Notes: generated from the sequence alone by a model not told the origin. Positions 1 to 14,803 are shown, numbered from the stretch's first letter. The stretch: 55,212 nt of DNA from Catajapyx aquilonaris (GCA_000934665.2 KZ538444.1:62001-117212), one strand, 5' to 3'. Made by a program: numbers and translations.

Positions 1-3000
1 CCCCTTTCCGACCCAGAACTCGTAGGGTGCCCCGATGAACCTGGGCAACCCCCTTCCGCTAGTCCCATCACCAGCCGAGACCTCGACTCTGACCACGGCC
101 AGCGCTGTCCTCCTGGCCACCTGCGGGCCGCCCTGCTGACCTCCAGATGACCCGGGGCCGTCCCTCGCCTCCACCAGAAGGGTGTACACGGGTCTCTTCA
201 ACCTCCCGTCAGTCACCAGGACATGTCCACTCTTGGCGTCCACCGCGAACGGTACCTCCTCGTCTCCAGACGCGTTTCGCTGAAGCTCGTAGGTCACCAA
301 GCCGTTCAGACCTTCGTCCGAATCGTGGGCCGTCACACGACCAACAACAGTACCGATCTCTGCATCGCCCGGTATTGCGAACCGGTACACATTAGACGGG
401 ACAAACGTCGGGTTGTTGTCGTTGGCATCCAGCAAGTACACATGAACCTACAAAAACAAACAAGTTCAGTACAAATTACGCAGTTTACATATGTCACATA
501 CTTACATAGTTTACGTATGTTACGTGCAGGTTACATTATAAGTTACGTATTTACGTCCATAAGTTACGTACAGATTACATATGTTACGTAAAATTGCGGT
601 ACGTATGATACGAACTGTACGAAAATACGTATCTTGTACGTTACTTATAGTACGTACAAGTTACGTACACGTTACGTATAAGTTACGTATAACTGTATAA
701 GTTACTTACAAGTTACGTATTTTCGTACCGGTTACGTACATTACGCAAGTTACGTACATGTTACGCAAGTTACGTGCATGTGACGCATGTTACGTGCATG
801 TTACGCAAGTTACGTATGTTACGTAAAAGTTACGTAAGTTACGTACAATCACATTACACAGTGCAAATTGGTCACAATATTGCACCCTATATAGTTGACA
901 TGGCAACGTGCTGCATGGTAACCAGAACTTGTCATGGTAACCCGTTTGTATGGCAACTAAAACTGGACAAACAAACAAACACAAAAATCGTACCTGCGTG
1001 GACGGTACAGCCACGTTTCCCATGACGCTCTTGATCTTCTCCTGCGCGTAGACTTTCATCTCCAGTCTCGGTCTCTTCTCTCGGTCCAGCTGTGCCTGGT
1101 CTCTGACGGTGAGCCAGCCGGTCCTTGGTTCGATCCCGAATGCCCTCAGCGGATCCTCCAGGACGTAGGTGAACTCCGCGTTCTCTCCGCGATCGGCGTC
1201 GGTCGCCTGGACCTGAAGCACGCTGAACCCTTGGGGCAGGTTTTCAACAATGCTTATGTTGTACAGGTCAGCTTGAAACACAGGCTGGTTGTCGTTCAGG
1301 TCGTCCACTTCGACCATCACGCGTGTACCGGCCCATTTCCTCGGGTCGTCCGTTTGCTCAGCTCTCACTCGAAGCTCGATCACGTCTCCAGTCGCGTTCG
1401 AGACGGGGAGCGACTCGCGATCCAGCTCTCGCTCCAGGTACAGCTTACCGTTGGTCGCGTCCAGAGAAAACAGCTCGGCTTCGTTGCCCCATACTATTCG
1501 GTACCGTACGGACGCGTTTAGAGCCCTGTCCTGGTCCAGGGCGTGGATTGGAGGCTCCATTTTCACCTCACGATGGATGCGATCACGCTGAAAATTATTG
1601 AAATGTTAATACCACCTCCTCATAATTATGATCTCTATTATTATTAATTAGACACTATAAAAGGCGAAGGTTGTTTGTTTGTTGGTGTGTCCAGGTTTTC
1701 TACCACGGTGGCCTGTTTCCATTGTAATGTATTCAAAAGCAACCATTATTGATAGTATGGAAACCGGTTGCCATGGTGGCAAACCTGAGCAAACAAACAA
1801 ACTTTGCCTTTTATAACGCTGTAATAGAAGAAGCTGCTAGTAATCATTCACCTTAAGAGGATATGCTTCTTGCAATCGGGCCTTGTAAACAGTGCGGGTG
1901 AAGGCAGGTGGCAGGTCATCGTTGTCGACGACGGACACGACCAATGTCGTTGTCGCATTGTGTGATGGCGAGCCTCTGTCCTGCAAGGTTGGTTGAAATG
2001 TATAGCCACAATAGTCACAAAATAGTCACCAAAAAATAAACTCACGGTGGCCATGATGGTGAGTCTGAACTCGTGGTCGCCCGAGTCGTAGTCCAGGGTC
2101 CTCCTGACCACCAGGGCCGCCCTGTGGCTGCTCTCCAGGGCGAACTTGCCCTCCTCATTGCCTGCTACTATGGAGTAGTGGACATCCGAGTTGGCAGTGT
2201 TCGGCTTGTCCAGGTCGACCGCGTGGACACCCCTGAACACCGTCAGTCCTTCATCAAAAGAAAAAGCAAATTAGTCACTCTGCAATGAGCTCACAAATTG
2301 TTGACTCTAGCAACCCACCTGTTGGAGTGAGTTCTTCAACGCTGACGTGATAAGGAGCGTTGACGAATTCTGGTGCATGGTCGTTCACGTCCTCTACGTA
2401 CACGGTAACGGACAGGTACGACGGTGCCTGAGATGACAACAACACTCGCATGAACATACAACGAAACACTCTGTACGTATTTCATGCGCCCGTAAAAAGT
2501 CAAGGAGCATCGACCAATCCAGATTCCTGGTCACGTCTCAACAATGCTCATTGGCGTTTCAATGTACCGTAACAAAATCAGCAGAAAATTTAGCCATTTT
2601 GGTGGGGGCAAACTACCCTGCATTCCAGCTGCCACAAAATTGTACTAAGAACACCGCAAACTTCTTTTTTTTTGTCGGTTACTGTACATACCGCGCCAGA
2701 TTACAAGTCCTATTAAATTGTACTACATGAGCAATGGCACAGAAACTATCCGTGTTGGGATGGGTACAGTGTGTAAAACAAAATTCTAGGATAGCAAAAT
2801 TTTTAGAGAGTTGGAACTTTTTTAACACGACTATCTCGTCGCAACCGGTACTACGTGGTGTCGAGATATGACTATCGTGACACTTTCTTAAGTTTATGTG
2901 TCAAAGCAACGCAGGTCACTCATCTTGCCACTGTAAGATGCTCGCGGAAATTCAAGTAGCTCTAACTGTAAGTGAAATACTCGTCACGTCGACAAAAAAA

Positions 3001-6000
3001 ATGCGAGGACACTCATAAATTATGAATTAACGCAAAAATTGAAATCAGACAATATTACCTCTTCCATGAAGAATTTTCCGGCTGGAAAAGAGCCTGAAAT
3101 TACTTTTCAGGCTCATTTACAGCCGGAAAATGCTTTGTGTGGGGTGTGCAATCGGATCTATACATAAATACAAATTAATTAATTAATCACAACGCAATGG
3201 TTACATTATATTGCAATAATGCCATTTATAAAACAAACAAGTACGGATTTTTATGGGCATGTAGAATTTTCGGACCACACTTTCTCAATGTCGCCAACAA
3301 TTACGTACTACAACAATAAATAAACCTTCAGTGGTACAACCGGGCCCATACCACGATCTTACAACTGGTTAAGCGTATTTTATCAGTTTAATGCGACTTT
3401 TACGATCCTCCTTAATGCCAGCATGACTGGACATCGAAGGTGGTAAGTCCTGATGGACGTCTCCCGCCCACACTATATACCTGCCAGCAAGTAATCAAGT
3501 GTCCAAAGTCTGATGAGGTCATATGCCCTCAATTGTTGCATTGTTGTTCATTATGATTTACCTCTTCCAGTCCTCCATCGCAAGCCAGTCTGAACTTGAG
3601 GACGCTCTGTGGTGTCTGTGAGTCCACCAGGTCCTCCAGAGAGTGCGTGAGAAGTATGGCCACTGTTTTCTTATCCAGCTCCCGGAAGGTGAAATAATTC
3701 GCGTCCTCAGTCTGTTGGTCAGAAGCAGAGAGAAAGATATGTATAAGAGAGGTCAAGAGTACAAACACTATGTTGTCATATGCAAATGAGAAAACGTGAC
3801 CGGTTCTCCCAGTTTTCAGGTCCGCCTGTTGGTTCGGACAACTTACAACATGCAAGTACACCATTTCCTCATAGTGTGCGTACCTTGTCCTCCGCCTGCA
3901 CGCTGAGATTCCTCCTAGGATGTGCCTCAACCCTCAGGACCTCTTCGCCCACACCCAAACTTTCGGGGATCCTCACGAAGCGACGGGATTCTTGGGCCCC
4001 ATAGAAGCTGCAAGCTGTATATGTGGGAGATGAAAAAAAAATGCGTGTCATACCATGTAGTTATTATCAGCACCATGCTGATAAGAAAATTCACGTTTTG
4101 TTGAGCATTGTATCCCTGACCTACTCAACAGGAATGCTCCATGGGGTGCCTGCATCTCTTTTGTTTCCTAATGAGTTACATCGGTTTCACTTCTCATCGC
4201 AATAGAAATATTTAAATCCGAATATTATTACAGACAGTTGTTGAACATATGTCACAATATTTTGCACCCGACTTTCCAAAATGGCATGCGGGTTCTTGTT
4301 TCGATTGTTCATCCTAATTAAGCGAGTTCATGTAGTGTAAGGGGTCAAAGTCAAAGGTCCTGTTGGTGGGTGGTTATTACACAATTGTTTATTAAAATTA
4401 CGTGCCGCTCGGCACACTGTAAAAGCGTGGATAGTCCACAATTTTTTTAGCGTAATGGTAGTGAATTAATACTTAATGGCGAGGTGCGCAAGGTTTCTGA
4501 TTGAGGACTTTGATCGGAAATTAGCATCTCGTTTTTTGTTTTTTTTGGAAAGATCAGCATGTGGTCAAGATCACCGAAAATACATGTGTGGTGAGGTCAT
4601 GGAGACAGAGCAAGGTCAGTAAATGCAGATTTCATTTTATACACACGCTCCAGACTATTTTTTTTGCGTTCACAAGAGCAAGTTCATCAGACCATAAAGT
4701 TTTATGAATATTTATTTTTACTTCTTAACCACTAGCAACATTCTTAACATGACAGGTTGGAAATGAGCCAAGATCATTAGTTGAGTTTATATGAGCAATT
4801 AGATGCAGTTTTAAATTCCTCTGCATAAAAAATGCGTCGGGAGAGTCGGTTGAGCAAACATGCAACATTGCGAGGTCACACCTTTTAAAAATATTGTTAA
4901 AATCTATACTGGTAAATTTCACAGGAGTTTGCTCTGTAGAGATTCAATGTCATGCTAATAATAATATTGTTTTTAAATTTATTTTGTTACATTTTGAGCG
5001 ATGGCTTCATCAAACGGGATTACTCGGCATGTCAGTAAACGAAGGGTTATTTTACAAGGCCAATACCCCTGTACCGAAAAAGGTCAGTGTGTTTGCTTTT
5101 CCAAATGTCAGAGGTTCTGGGCGTAGGTAGATACAACACGAGAAACAAGTTTCCGGCAAAGGATCGCTCTTGAAATACACGTTTCCTTGACAAGAATAGA
5201 CCAAAGTCCGCAACAAAAGCATCAGGTTTACATCAACTGCAGCCAATTTGTCTAATCACATCTGGGGGGGTATCAGTAACCTGTAATTTTAACAGGTGAA
5301 AATTTCCTGATGGCGATGGACTGATGATAACAGCTTTTGGTAATGTTGCAAACACACGAATGGAAAAAAAAAATCGAAAAATTGCGACTGATAAGCAGTT
5401 GAGTCAAAGAGCTGAAGATGGGAAAGATAAAGAGACGTAAGTTGATGACCGGAGAAATGAGCCAATCCCTTTTCCTTTCTCGTATATAATAGCTCCGTTC
5501 AAAAACGCGTGAGATCACGAGTCCCAGATATTTCATCCGCGACTCTCTCTGAATGAATCAGCGTCAAAAAAATTTACCTCTTCCATTTGAACAAACCCAG
5601 ACGACAATCGGCTACTTGCGTGGGAACCAACATCAGAATATAAAGAATTTGAATAATAAAAAATACACAGACGTCCCAAAAAAAAATTGTTTCGACCCCA
5701 ATCGCACGAACTACTTATTGTATGAATTCGATGATAGAAGATCGCCTTGGGACCATTTTCACACCCATTCCGCTTTCATTCCCTTGCGGTTTTCTTCCAT
5801 TCCGGAAACCCACGCATAATAATGACTTCAGGCCGGTTTGTATACATTTTTTTGTGTGTGTGCGCGGCTACACAAGTGCCGGAAGAGTTATCTCATCTGT
5901 CAAAACTGAGCTGATTCGATTATTGCTTATCTACATAAGCCTATCACATTTCGACAATTCGTGTGTCAGAACAGATGAAGCTGAAGCAGAAAGTTACAAA

Positions 6001-9000
6001 ATTATTGCACGCAAAAAGTATCTTCTAAATGCATTATTTTCATTTACTGCATTTACAATTAGGCTATTAATAAATTGCTTGACGTGTCTGTGTTACGAGA
6101 AATTTCAGCGTAAATGACGTAAGTAGCAAAAATAATTAAATAAATTAATAAACGAATAAACAAACTAACTAAATAATTAAGTTAATAAAATAATAAACTA
6201 ACTCAGTAACTAACTAATTAACTAACTAACTAATTAACTAATATATAAAGAAACTAACTAATAAATAATATATTACATAAACACTGAAAATGGCCAATTG
6301 GCCAGATAATGGGGTAACTGAAATAAATAATAAAATAACATAAATTACATAAACTAATAAATAAATAATAAAATAACATAAATTACATAAACTAATAAAT
6401 AAATAATAAAATAACATAAATTACATAAACTAATTAATTAATAAACTAATTAATTAATTAATTCAGAAATAAATAAGCACTAGACACTAGACACTACGAG
6501 TTAGTTTTGAGTAATTAATTTTTTTGAATAACTAATCACTACTTGTTTCATAATTATTCAGTATTTTTGACACCAGTTACTATTGACACCTGTTGACACC
6601 TATACTGACAGAATGAGTGAATTCCAAATGGCCAAAATAAATTGGTGCAAGACACTATACTACTTCATGGTTTAATTTCATGGTACGCAGTGCTCATATT
6701 CACACTCTATGTGGGGCATACGGTCCGCAGATCACCTGCATCATTTTGACCCCGAAAAAAAAACTGCCTCCCAAGAAGAAAACCACATTCCCTTCGGACG
6801 GTCCATGCTTCTTCATATGGTAACAATGAATCGTATATACGAGATGAAACAGGTTGTCCTTGCTCCACTGACTACCGCACCGCTGGAAATACTCTTTATC
6901 CCCTCCCCCCCTCCATGGGACGATCTAATGGCCAACAGTTTGTCCCACGTTAGTCACCTCATACGTAAATAGGTCTCTCGCTACTAAGGTAAGAGGCTGA
7001 CGTCACCACGCAGCAATGGGACACAATAAAGAGACATTTAAGTGCTGTAAGACACCAAGCGTGATTCCTTGTTGGTCGGTCCTCCCGTGCGTTACATACG
7101 CGCTGTCACGCATCGCCTGTCCGCTGCAACACACTTCAAATCATGCCTGTGACAACCCGCATAATATTTCGTGTCATCCGGTACGTTGCACCGTCTCCAG
7201 TTAACCTTATCGGGAAAGGTCACGGACTTTTGTCGGTGTGTGTTGCCTGGCATTTAAACGGAGGATTTTTAGTCAACTTGGATCATTTTATGTGGATAAT
7301 TAATTTTGAGTAAATACCAATTTTCAAGTACTTGTATAGCAATATATTTATACATGTGGTTTTTAAAATATGTGCTGATTTTTTTTCTCAATTTGCAAAC
7401 ATTTTGCCAGACAGAATAAGCCGTCGTCAGCAATGGGTGTTGAGCAAAAACGTTTCGTTTTTTTTGCAGAATACCGGACGTGCAAATTAAGGTTCAGACA
7501 TGCGGATTAAACACTTTCCGCACACAAAGAGACGCGGGGGTAAATATAAGAGTCAAATGGGTGTGCACGTGCGTTTGAGAAGGTCCACGCCCATCTCATT
7601 CAAAAAAAAAATTGGCGCGCAAAAAAAAAATCCAGCAACAAGTTGACGACGTTTTAGGTTCGGTTGTAAAAGTGAGAGCGTGGAAGCGATTTCCTCACTC
7701 CAGGTTTTTGCACCGTCTGCCAGTCTCCGGAAGGCATTCTTCTCATACCATTTGCAGGGGTGTACCTTTTCGAGGGAATCATGCTCTCGGATTCGCCAAG
7801 GAGCGAATTACACGATCAATCACTCTTTGTGTACGACCACGTACAAAGGACAGAAATTTTTCGCACATGTCATAATAAGACTGGTTTCGCCCAAGAATGT
7901 CCTCTAAAATATTCTGAATGGAAATGCCAGCACTAAAAAAAACATTTTTATTCCATTCGAATTAAATTTTAATGAACTAGTAATAAAACAACAAGTAATA
8001 AAATATCCGATTTTAATTACACATATAAAATACTCCTGAATATCCTGTAAGATATGGCAAAGGGTATTGAAATAAATAAATAGGCTAAATAAATAAGTAC
8101 ATGTAAAAATAGCAAATTTTAAAATTTTAAAAATGAAATATAACTTGATAAATTAATACAAAAAGGCACATAAAGAAACCGAAGATTTAAATAGAAATAT
8201 TTCAAGGTTAAACGTTTTTATATTTTGGTAGATACCATATAGTTTGATCCATAATTATAAGCAAATTAATTATATTAACAATTAACTAAATAAATAAATA
8301 ATAACTAATAGAATCTTATTACATAAATGGTAACTGTTTTAAATTTATAATGAAATCTTATAAAATAATGAATAATGAATATTATAAGTAAATAATTACT
8401 GCTATAAATGAATAATCACTGGTATAAATAATTACGAAATATTATAAATAATAATGAAATATTATAAATAAAATGAAGCAATATAATAATTAATTAAATA
8501 AAATTAAGTACATAAATACACCAATAAAATAAATCTTATATTAAAGAAGTAGGCCCCCTATACAATAAAATTTTTATGTAATGGGCAAAACATTACTCAA
8601 TATCCTGGTGATTGACCGTGAAAAAAAAAAATCCTCGGTGAAACTCGCCTGCCCGTTACTTGCACGTTACTCGCACGTAAGACACCTGTTGATGTAATGT
8701 ACTTATGTTTTTTTGGTCCCCACCCCCCTGTTCTAACCTACCCCACCCCCGTCCCACGCACAATGCAACATTCACTCGCAACAACACAAGAATCACGCAC
8801 GCTCTTGACACGCTAGTACAATGAACTTCCCAGCTACCTCCTTAACCCACTTCTTTTCTTTTATAATATATATATTTTTTCTAGAAGAAAATTCAGGGGG
8901 GGAAAAAAATACACTGATCGCTACGATTCCATTGTTCCCGCATAATTCACCATCGAAGACTGGTTTTTATCAAACCTTCACATTGTTTGGGTGTCCCCCA

Positions 9001-9170
9001 AAAAAATGTGGGTGCTGGAAGAGCAGGTCCCGCCCATATACGCGCAATACTTGAAAAATTTTGGTTGCAAAATCTGTGATGGAAAAATAAATGACCACGA
9101 GTCTCTCACCTTTGGCAGTAAATATCCAGGCGAAGATGATGGAAAAGGTTAGAAGCCTTCTTGAGCCCAT
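1..9170 (-). CDS. Cad89D: Cadherin-89D-like non-classical cadherin, N-terminal part (runs off the window at position 1)
   Basis: Phase-compatible GT-AG exons: 9110-9255 (signal peptide MGSRRLLTFSIIFAWIFTAK from ATG 9170, or in-frame ATG 9218), 3884-4014, 3562-3711, 2319-2427, 2046-2248, 1852-1980, 994-1587, 1-447. Cadherin Ca-binding motifs: EDVNDHAPEF, DNDDLPPAF, DDLNDNQPVF, DANDNNPTF, LDRE, ATDAD. The N-terminus CSFYG..RFVRIPESL..VEAHPR..SLEDLVD..VLKFRLAC..SYLSVTVYVEDVNDHAP and PRFIGAPYEFWVG match my recollection of insect Cad89D. Confidence 0.88.
474..846. repeat. Degenerate ~9-bp TTACGTA-core tandem repeat in a cadherin intron
   Basis: Dozens of ttacgta/ttacgca/ttacata units fill most of intron 448-993. 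Confidence 0.9.
1631..1829. mobile_element. Foldback element built from two inverted Helitron-5'-end-like arms
   Basis: Left arm atctctatta..tataaaaggcgaaggttgtttgtttg..ccaggttt. Right arm reverse complement tataaaaggcaaagtttgtttgtttgctcaggttt. Same family as 11585-11704 and ~900-985. Confidence 0.55.
6323..6445. repeat. AT-rich tandem repeat (~38-39 bp x3) within a low-complexity tract
   Basis: taaataataaaataacataaattacataaactaataaa repeated three times. Confidence 0.85.
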
Positions 9171-11584
9171 TTTTGGCCTCAAAAGCTTCCCGAAGAGGAC
9201 AGAAATATCTTCTCCCATGGTAACTCCTCTGCGCAAATCCAATCTTCGCTCATACCTTCGAAAAAAACAAACAAACAGGAAAACACAAATTGAGAAATAA
9301 AATTGCAACAATCAACCCCTTTTAACCTCTAGTAATTAGTTGCTAATCTATTTTTTTAAAAAAAGACACTGACATATTGCTGACATTACCTGTCTGAAGT
9401 GCATAATAAAAGGTGTCCAGCCAACTACTGTACGCAAATTACCGGGGTCAAAGGGCACAGTCAGAATTTGCACATCCTTGAAGGAGAGTATTCACATTAA
9501 TTTATTTAATATATTTTTATATCCAAAAATAGGAGTGTGAAACTTTTAAAACCTTTTCATTTATAGGTTACCAACGACTTATGCGCACCACGGCGATGTC
9601 AAATGATATACGCGGCCATTACAATAATTGTAGTACCGTATCATGTCAGTAACATTCATACAATTTGTACATATATATTTTTTGAAGCTATTAAAATTGT
9701 GATTATCAATATTTCTAATTGGCACTTTCCGACCAATTGCAGCAGTATTATTTGCCCATATGACGCCTCATGTTAGTGTTACCTTTACATTGCTCAAAAC
9801 AGAGTGAACGTAACTCATGTGTACTGAAATACATTGTCTAAGGGTCGTTCACACTTAATAATGAAAGAAGTGAAGGTACGCCGCCATATGGTCAAAAAGC
9901 AGAGCAGCAGTCACACAAGCAACAATAACATCCGAGCAAGAAAAGGAACAACGCTGACAGTTCCTTTCATATTATAACGGTATAGCTGAAGCCCCTCTTA
10001 CTTTGAGAAGTTTTCGTTGGTATCCCTGCTAATTTTGAGAGTTCACCAGCCATGTACTACAACATATATGACATGTGGACAAAATTTTTGCACAACCTTT
10101 CCGGAAACACACGAGAAACATAACAGTGAAAGGCAAACCAATTGCTCAAACTCAATCCGTATACAATAAAATTGGCGTCCTGAAAATGGCAAAAGCTTTT
10201 TAAGAGGAAACCATCAGTCAAACGATGCCATACATTAAACGAGGACTGGGTTGAAAAAAAAAATGCGTGCGAATTTTTGCTCGCAATTTTCCCATCCTTG
10301 AGGGGAGACTCTCCAACGATTTAACCTCACGTAGCCTTCCTCAATTTCACTTTCCGTCTTGACTTGAGGTGCACTTCGTAAGTACTAACGGTGCGGAACA
10401 GACTTGTGTTTTTTTTTTTTTGCCTTCCAACTTCTTTTCTCTTCTTATCCTATATATCCCAAAATCACTCAAATGAGACCAGCATCCTCTTACTTTGTAT
10501 CTTCAGGTGGCCTTCCCACCACCTGATGTTTCATTCACCATATAAACCCTGCGTCCTTCTCAAAAACTTCTTTTGTGTATGCTGCAGGGAGCGGTATGTC
10601 ACGATTTTAAGAGAAATAACTCATTGAATCAAACAGGATATGCATATTTGGAATGAGAGATAAATTTTAAATTATTTCTTCTCAACTCAAACTGATCGGA
10701 CAAACATTTATGCTAATTTTTTTTTAGGCGCGCAAGTTCGACTGTAAACTTGTAAAGCAGGTTTTTCACATCAGTTGCTGGTCAAGGATACTGGAAACGG
10801 ACGTTATTATGTAAAATTAAAAGAGATTTTTTTTTGAGCAAAACCGGTTTTTGGGGGGCGTTCGGTTCAAGTTTAGCTTATGAGTCCAAGGGTCAGCTTG
10901 ACCAGTAGATAAATCATCTTCAGAAACCGGTCATATTAATACAGTACCTTCACATGATTGCATATGACAAGTTCTTTGAAGTTTATCAGAAACGCGCATC
11001 CGATACATAAAAAATTAGCGGACATATTCGCACGTATGACAAGCCGGAAAAGTTTAAAATATTTGACAACATCAGTGCTGCGTAACACGACCAAAAATGG
11101 TGTCAAACCCATCAAACTTTTTTTATGCAAACAAAAAAAGTGCACTGCTGCCAACCTGACATAACAAATGACCCTTGGAATGACCTGATCACGATGCGGA
11201 AATGAGTTGTCTAGAGAGTGTGTGTGCCCTTTGCCAAAACGCAATCCCCTTGTGGATAGGGGGAGGTCACACGCTTTATTTTTTTCCCCCCTTTGCAATG
11301 TATGTATTCGAGTGCTAATTGCGAGCAGGCGTGCAAAAGTGGGGCAGTGTGCTGACTCAAACAAAACTGGTGGTCAAGCTCGACTTCTGCTCGTTTTGGC
11401 GTGCGAAAAAAGGAGGCGGCGTCACGCTCCCTTCAAGCTCTCTTACCTGCAGGTTGCTTCTGCAACATACAGTCATACACCTGCATTTCCTCTTTCTCAA
11501 CTCAATGTTTTTTTTTCCTCCATATACCCAGGAATATACATGTACAGCAGTGCTTCCAACCAACACGACACGATTACTCACACT

Positions 11585-11704
11585 ATATGGACTCAGAAAA
11601 ACTGTAGGCTATATGCCATGGTAACCAAACCTGGACATCCAGGCAGACAAACAGACAAACAGACAAACAAACAAACACACTTTGCCTTTTGTAATAATAG
11701 AGAT
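11585..11704 (-). mobile_element. Non-autonomous Helitron-like 5' end with (TTTG)/(TCTG) microsatellite
   Basis: Minus strand reads A^TCTCTATTATTACAAAAGGCAAAGTGTGTTTGTTTGTTTGTCTGTTTGTCTG, the layout of insect Lep1-type Helitron 5' ends. No 3' CTRR/hairpin end identified. Confidence 0.5.
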
Positions 11705-13942
11705 GGAGATGGGAATTTCCAATAATTTTATTACATGTCTTATGCGATGTGATTAATTTTATTGACATATTTTGCGATTATATTTTGTATTAAATTATAT
11801 TATCATAAATTATGTTCGCCATTGTTATATACTTTCTTATTATTTTGTATCGTTATAAATTATATTACGCTCTTATTTGATTTCATATTATTAATTTGTA
11901 TTATTATTAAATCATTATTTGATATATTTTAAATTATATTAAGTATTACTTTATTTTATTAGACATCATATTATACCAAGGTACAGTATTATACTAGGTA
12001 TAGTCTATTACACGTATTATATACAAAAACATTTAATATTATTAAATAAAATACATATAAGTGTATACTAATGTCTAGTGTCGTACTGTACACAGTAATA
12101 GATAATAATCGTCAATAAAATCAAATTCATTCAAATTAGTAATACATAATACAAGTATAAAATATAGGCCTATGTATTACTGTATTACTATGTGTTACTA
12201 ATTAGTGTAATAAATAAAAATAGCCTCGCATTTTATATTACGGACCTTATAAGTTATTACTCTCTAGTATACATGGCAAGGAGGATCGTACTGTGTACCA
12301 GACTAGATATTAGTCTATATGTATTTTATTTATTAATATTAAATATTTCTGTATGGCATGTTGGTATGTCGTCGTGTTATACATCATTTTAATATTTTCT
12401 CACGATTATGATTGCAACACTCTGGGGCTCATAAACGAGGCTATTGAGCCACAATAAGAGCATAGCTCGGTTGCATAAGCTAACATGGGAACGTCCAATT
12501 AACCCACATGCTGTGTGCTTGAAGGGACAATGGCACGCATCATCTGTATGTATAGGAGGAGGAGGGGGGGGGGGATAGAAATTATTTAGGAAAAAGTTCC
12601 TTTCCGATTGGAGGAATTTCTCACGTGAGCAAACTCGATGAGGAAACCCCCATTAGATCAGTTCACTTCCTCAATTCCAGTGGGAGCCGCCCATGGCCCC
12701 GAAAAATTTAAGAAGAGAAAAAGAAAACACATACGCAGAGCCCCCGGAATTCTTCCAAGGAAAAGAGATGACATGCACCAGTAGGGGTTGTGTATTTACA
12801 GTACACTCCTAGTCATCCATCAAAAAAGTTCTAGTTTCCACATGGCCAGCACTTCTCCATTCCATTGCCACACATTTTTTTTCGCACACATTTTGATTCG
12901 CAAAAAAATTATCCAGATAAATAACTGCACAAATAAAGCTGATATGCCTCGGTGCTTTAATTATTATCGCCTGACTCGCTAATATGCTCCACTTCACTTT
13001 AGAAGCATAGTTTCAAAACATGGAGGAAGAAAAATTGCTACACATATCCTACGTACTGATGGTCACGAACGTGGGCTTATGCAAATAGGTGTTAACTAGG
13101 TGAACTATTTAATATGCGAGCTTTTCAGGTGTCCCGCAATGCTTTCAAAAACGAAACGCAGGGCAGGATTCTGACTCGTATTTTTTTATTTGAAAAGGCA
13201 GGCTCTAAAATTTGACATAAAAAGGACTATGATGCAGCATAAAAACTAATAGACTATACTGTAGAGCAAGGCTTTCACCAGAAATTGGGCTATCAAATTT
13301 TTAGCAATGAGAAAGCTGCCTCTTTTTGCACATCCACGTGAGAAAACCACCGAAAGCACTCTAATTTCATTTTAAATATTTTAATTGCCCCAGTAAGTGA
13401 GCGATGTCTCTGCTAAGTCATCGAGAAAATGTAACTGCGTGAAAATGTTTCCAAATTTTTTGAAATGAATTTTTACTACCTTTTCACACACATCTAGATT
13501 GGAAAGCATTGAACTAGTGATACACTTAAATTTTGATGTTTCAATTTCTGTTCACTCATCGAGAACTTGCAGTAATTACTCTTTTATGTCAACCAAATGC
13601 AGGAATTTTTTACAATATTTCTACAAATATTTGAGTTTTTGTTCGGTTATCATATACACATACCGGTATAGTAGTTACTATTTACACATGGTATGCTGTG
13701 AGACCCGTCTTCAAAAAGAAATTCTACGCCGATGCCACATTTTTGTAATAAAAAATTTATACAATTTTTTTTCATGCTCATAACATTTTTTCTAGTAGTA
13801 CATAAGTTATAGAAAATGTTTTACTATTTTGTGGGCCGATTTTTCTTCATATTACACTTGAATTACAAGTAACAGTAATATTTTGCTTGCATTTTTCAAC
13901 AATTCTGATCAACAGCCACGTCAAACATAATTATTATCGCAC

Positions 13943-14056
13943 TCTTGTACACCGAATCAATTATTACGCATGAAATCATAATAATTATTCTGTATAATCA
14001 TTATACAGTATAATTATTATGATTTCATGCTGTAATAATTGATTCGGTGTACAAGA
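13943..14056. repeat. Near-perfect 114-bp palindrome (MITE/foldback)
   Basis: tcttgtacaccgaatcaattattac..catgaaatcataataattat pairs with ataattattatgatttcatg..gtaataattgattcggtgtacaaga. Confidence 0.85.
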
Positions 14057-14803
14057 TAATGACACGTGTGGAACGCAATTTATTATTTCTTAAGGGAAAA
14101 CACGGTCTGTACTACATGAACTCACCATTGTTGTCAATACGAATCATGTCTCAGCAATAATGACAACAAAGGTGACATCATTTGGACATTTTTCCCCCTA
14201 CAAAATTAGAGGGCGTCAATGACAACCTATAGTTTTACCTCGTGTGTCATTAGCACCAAACAGGTTTTTTGACCTTTTTCTGCCCAGAATTTTCGCAACG
14301 TGCGTTTTGCGGTATATATTGAGAAACTCGGTTATCAATGCTTAGGCGTGCATAACGTTTCCTATTACGTTCGGTAATATGCTTCAGCAACCCTAGAAAT
14401 ACAAGAGATAGCTATCGCCTAGGTTTCTCATAGCTGCCAACCAATTTGCATTACTCACCCTCCACCTTGCACCGAGAAAACAGTGTGTTAATCTTGAACA
14501 CTACTTATCTTCACCTCCAAAGTATTTATCATGGTAATGATATTAATCAGCCCTTCTCTCCTCCCCCACCTCTCAAAAACTTGACGCAACGACTTTGGAC
14601 TTTGGCGATAATAATGACAAAAGTTTCCCTTTCTCAGTCATTAGGCTAATAAACATGCTGGATCCAATTTTCTACCAAGCCCTTCCAAAACTTTACTGAT
14701 TAAAACTGAAAAGCCGCTTCAAAAAAATGGAACCCAATCAGGGGCCACCGAATTTGCAAAACAACTCGGGTCAAACTCACACTTAGTCCGGCTGGACTAG
14801 CTT

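Noticed and set aside
10378..10600. Plus-strand donor/acceptor/donor set suggesting an antisense spliced RNA
   Set aside because: Such signals arise by chance in 20 kb of intron; no ORF or promoter supports it.
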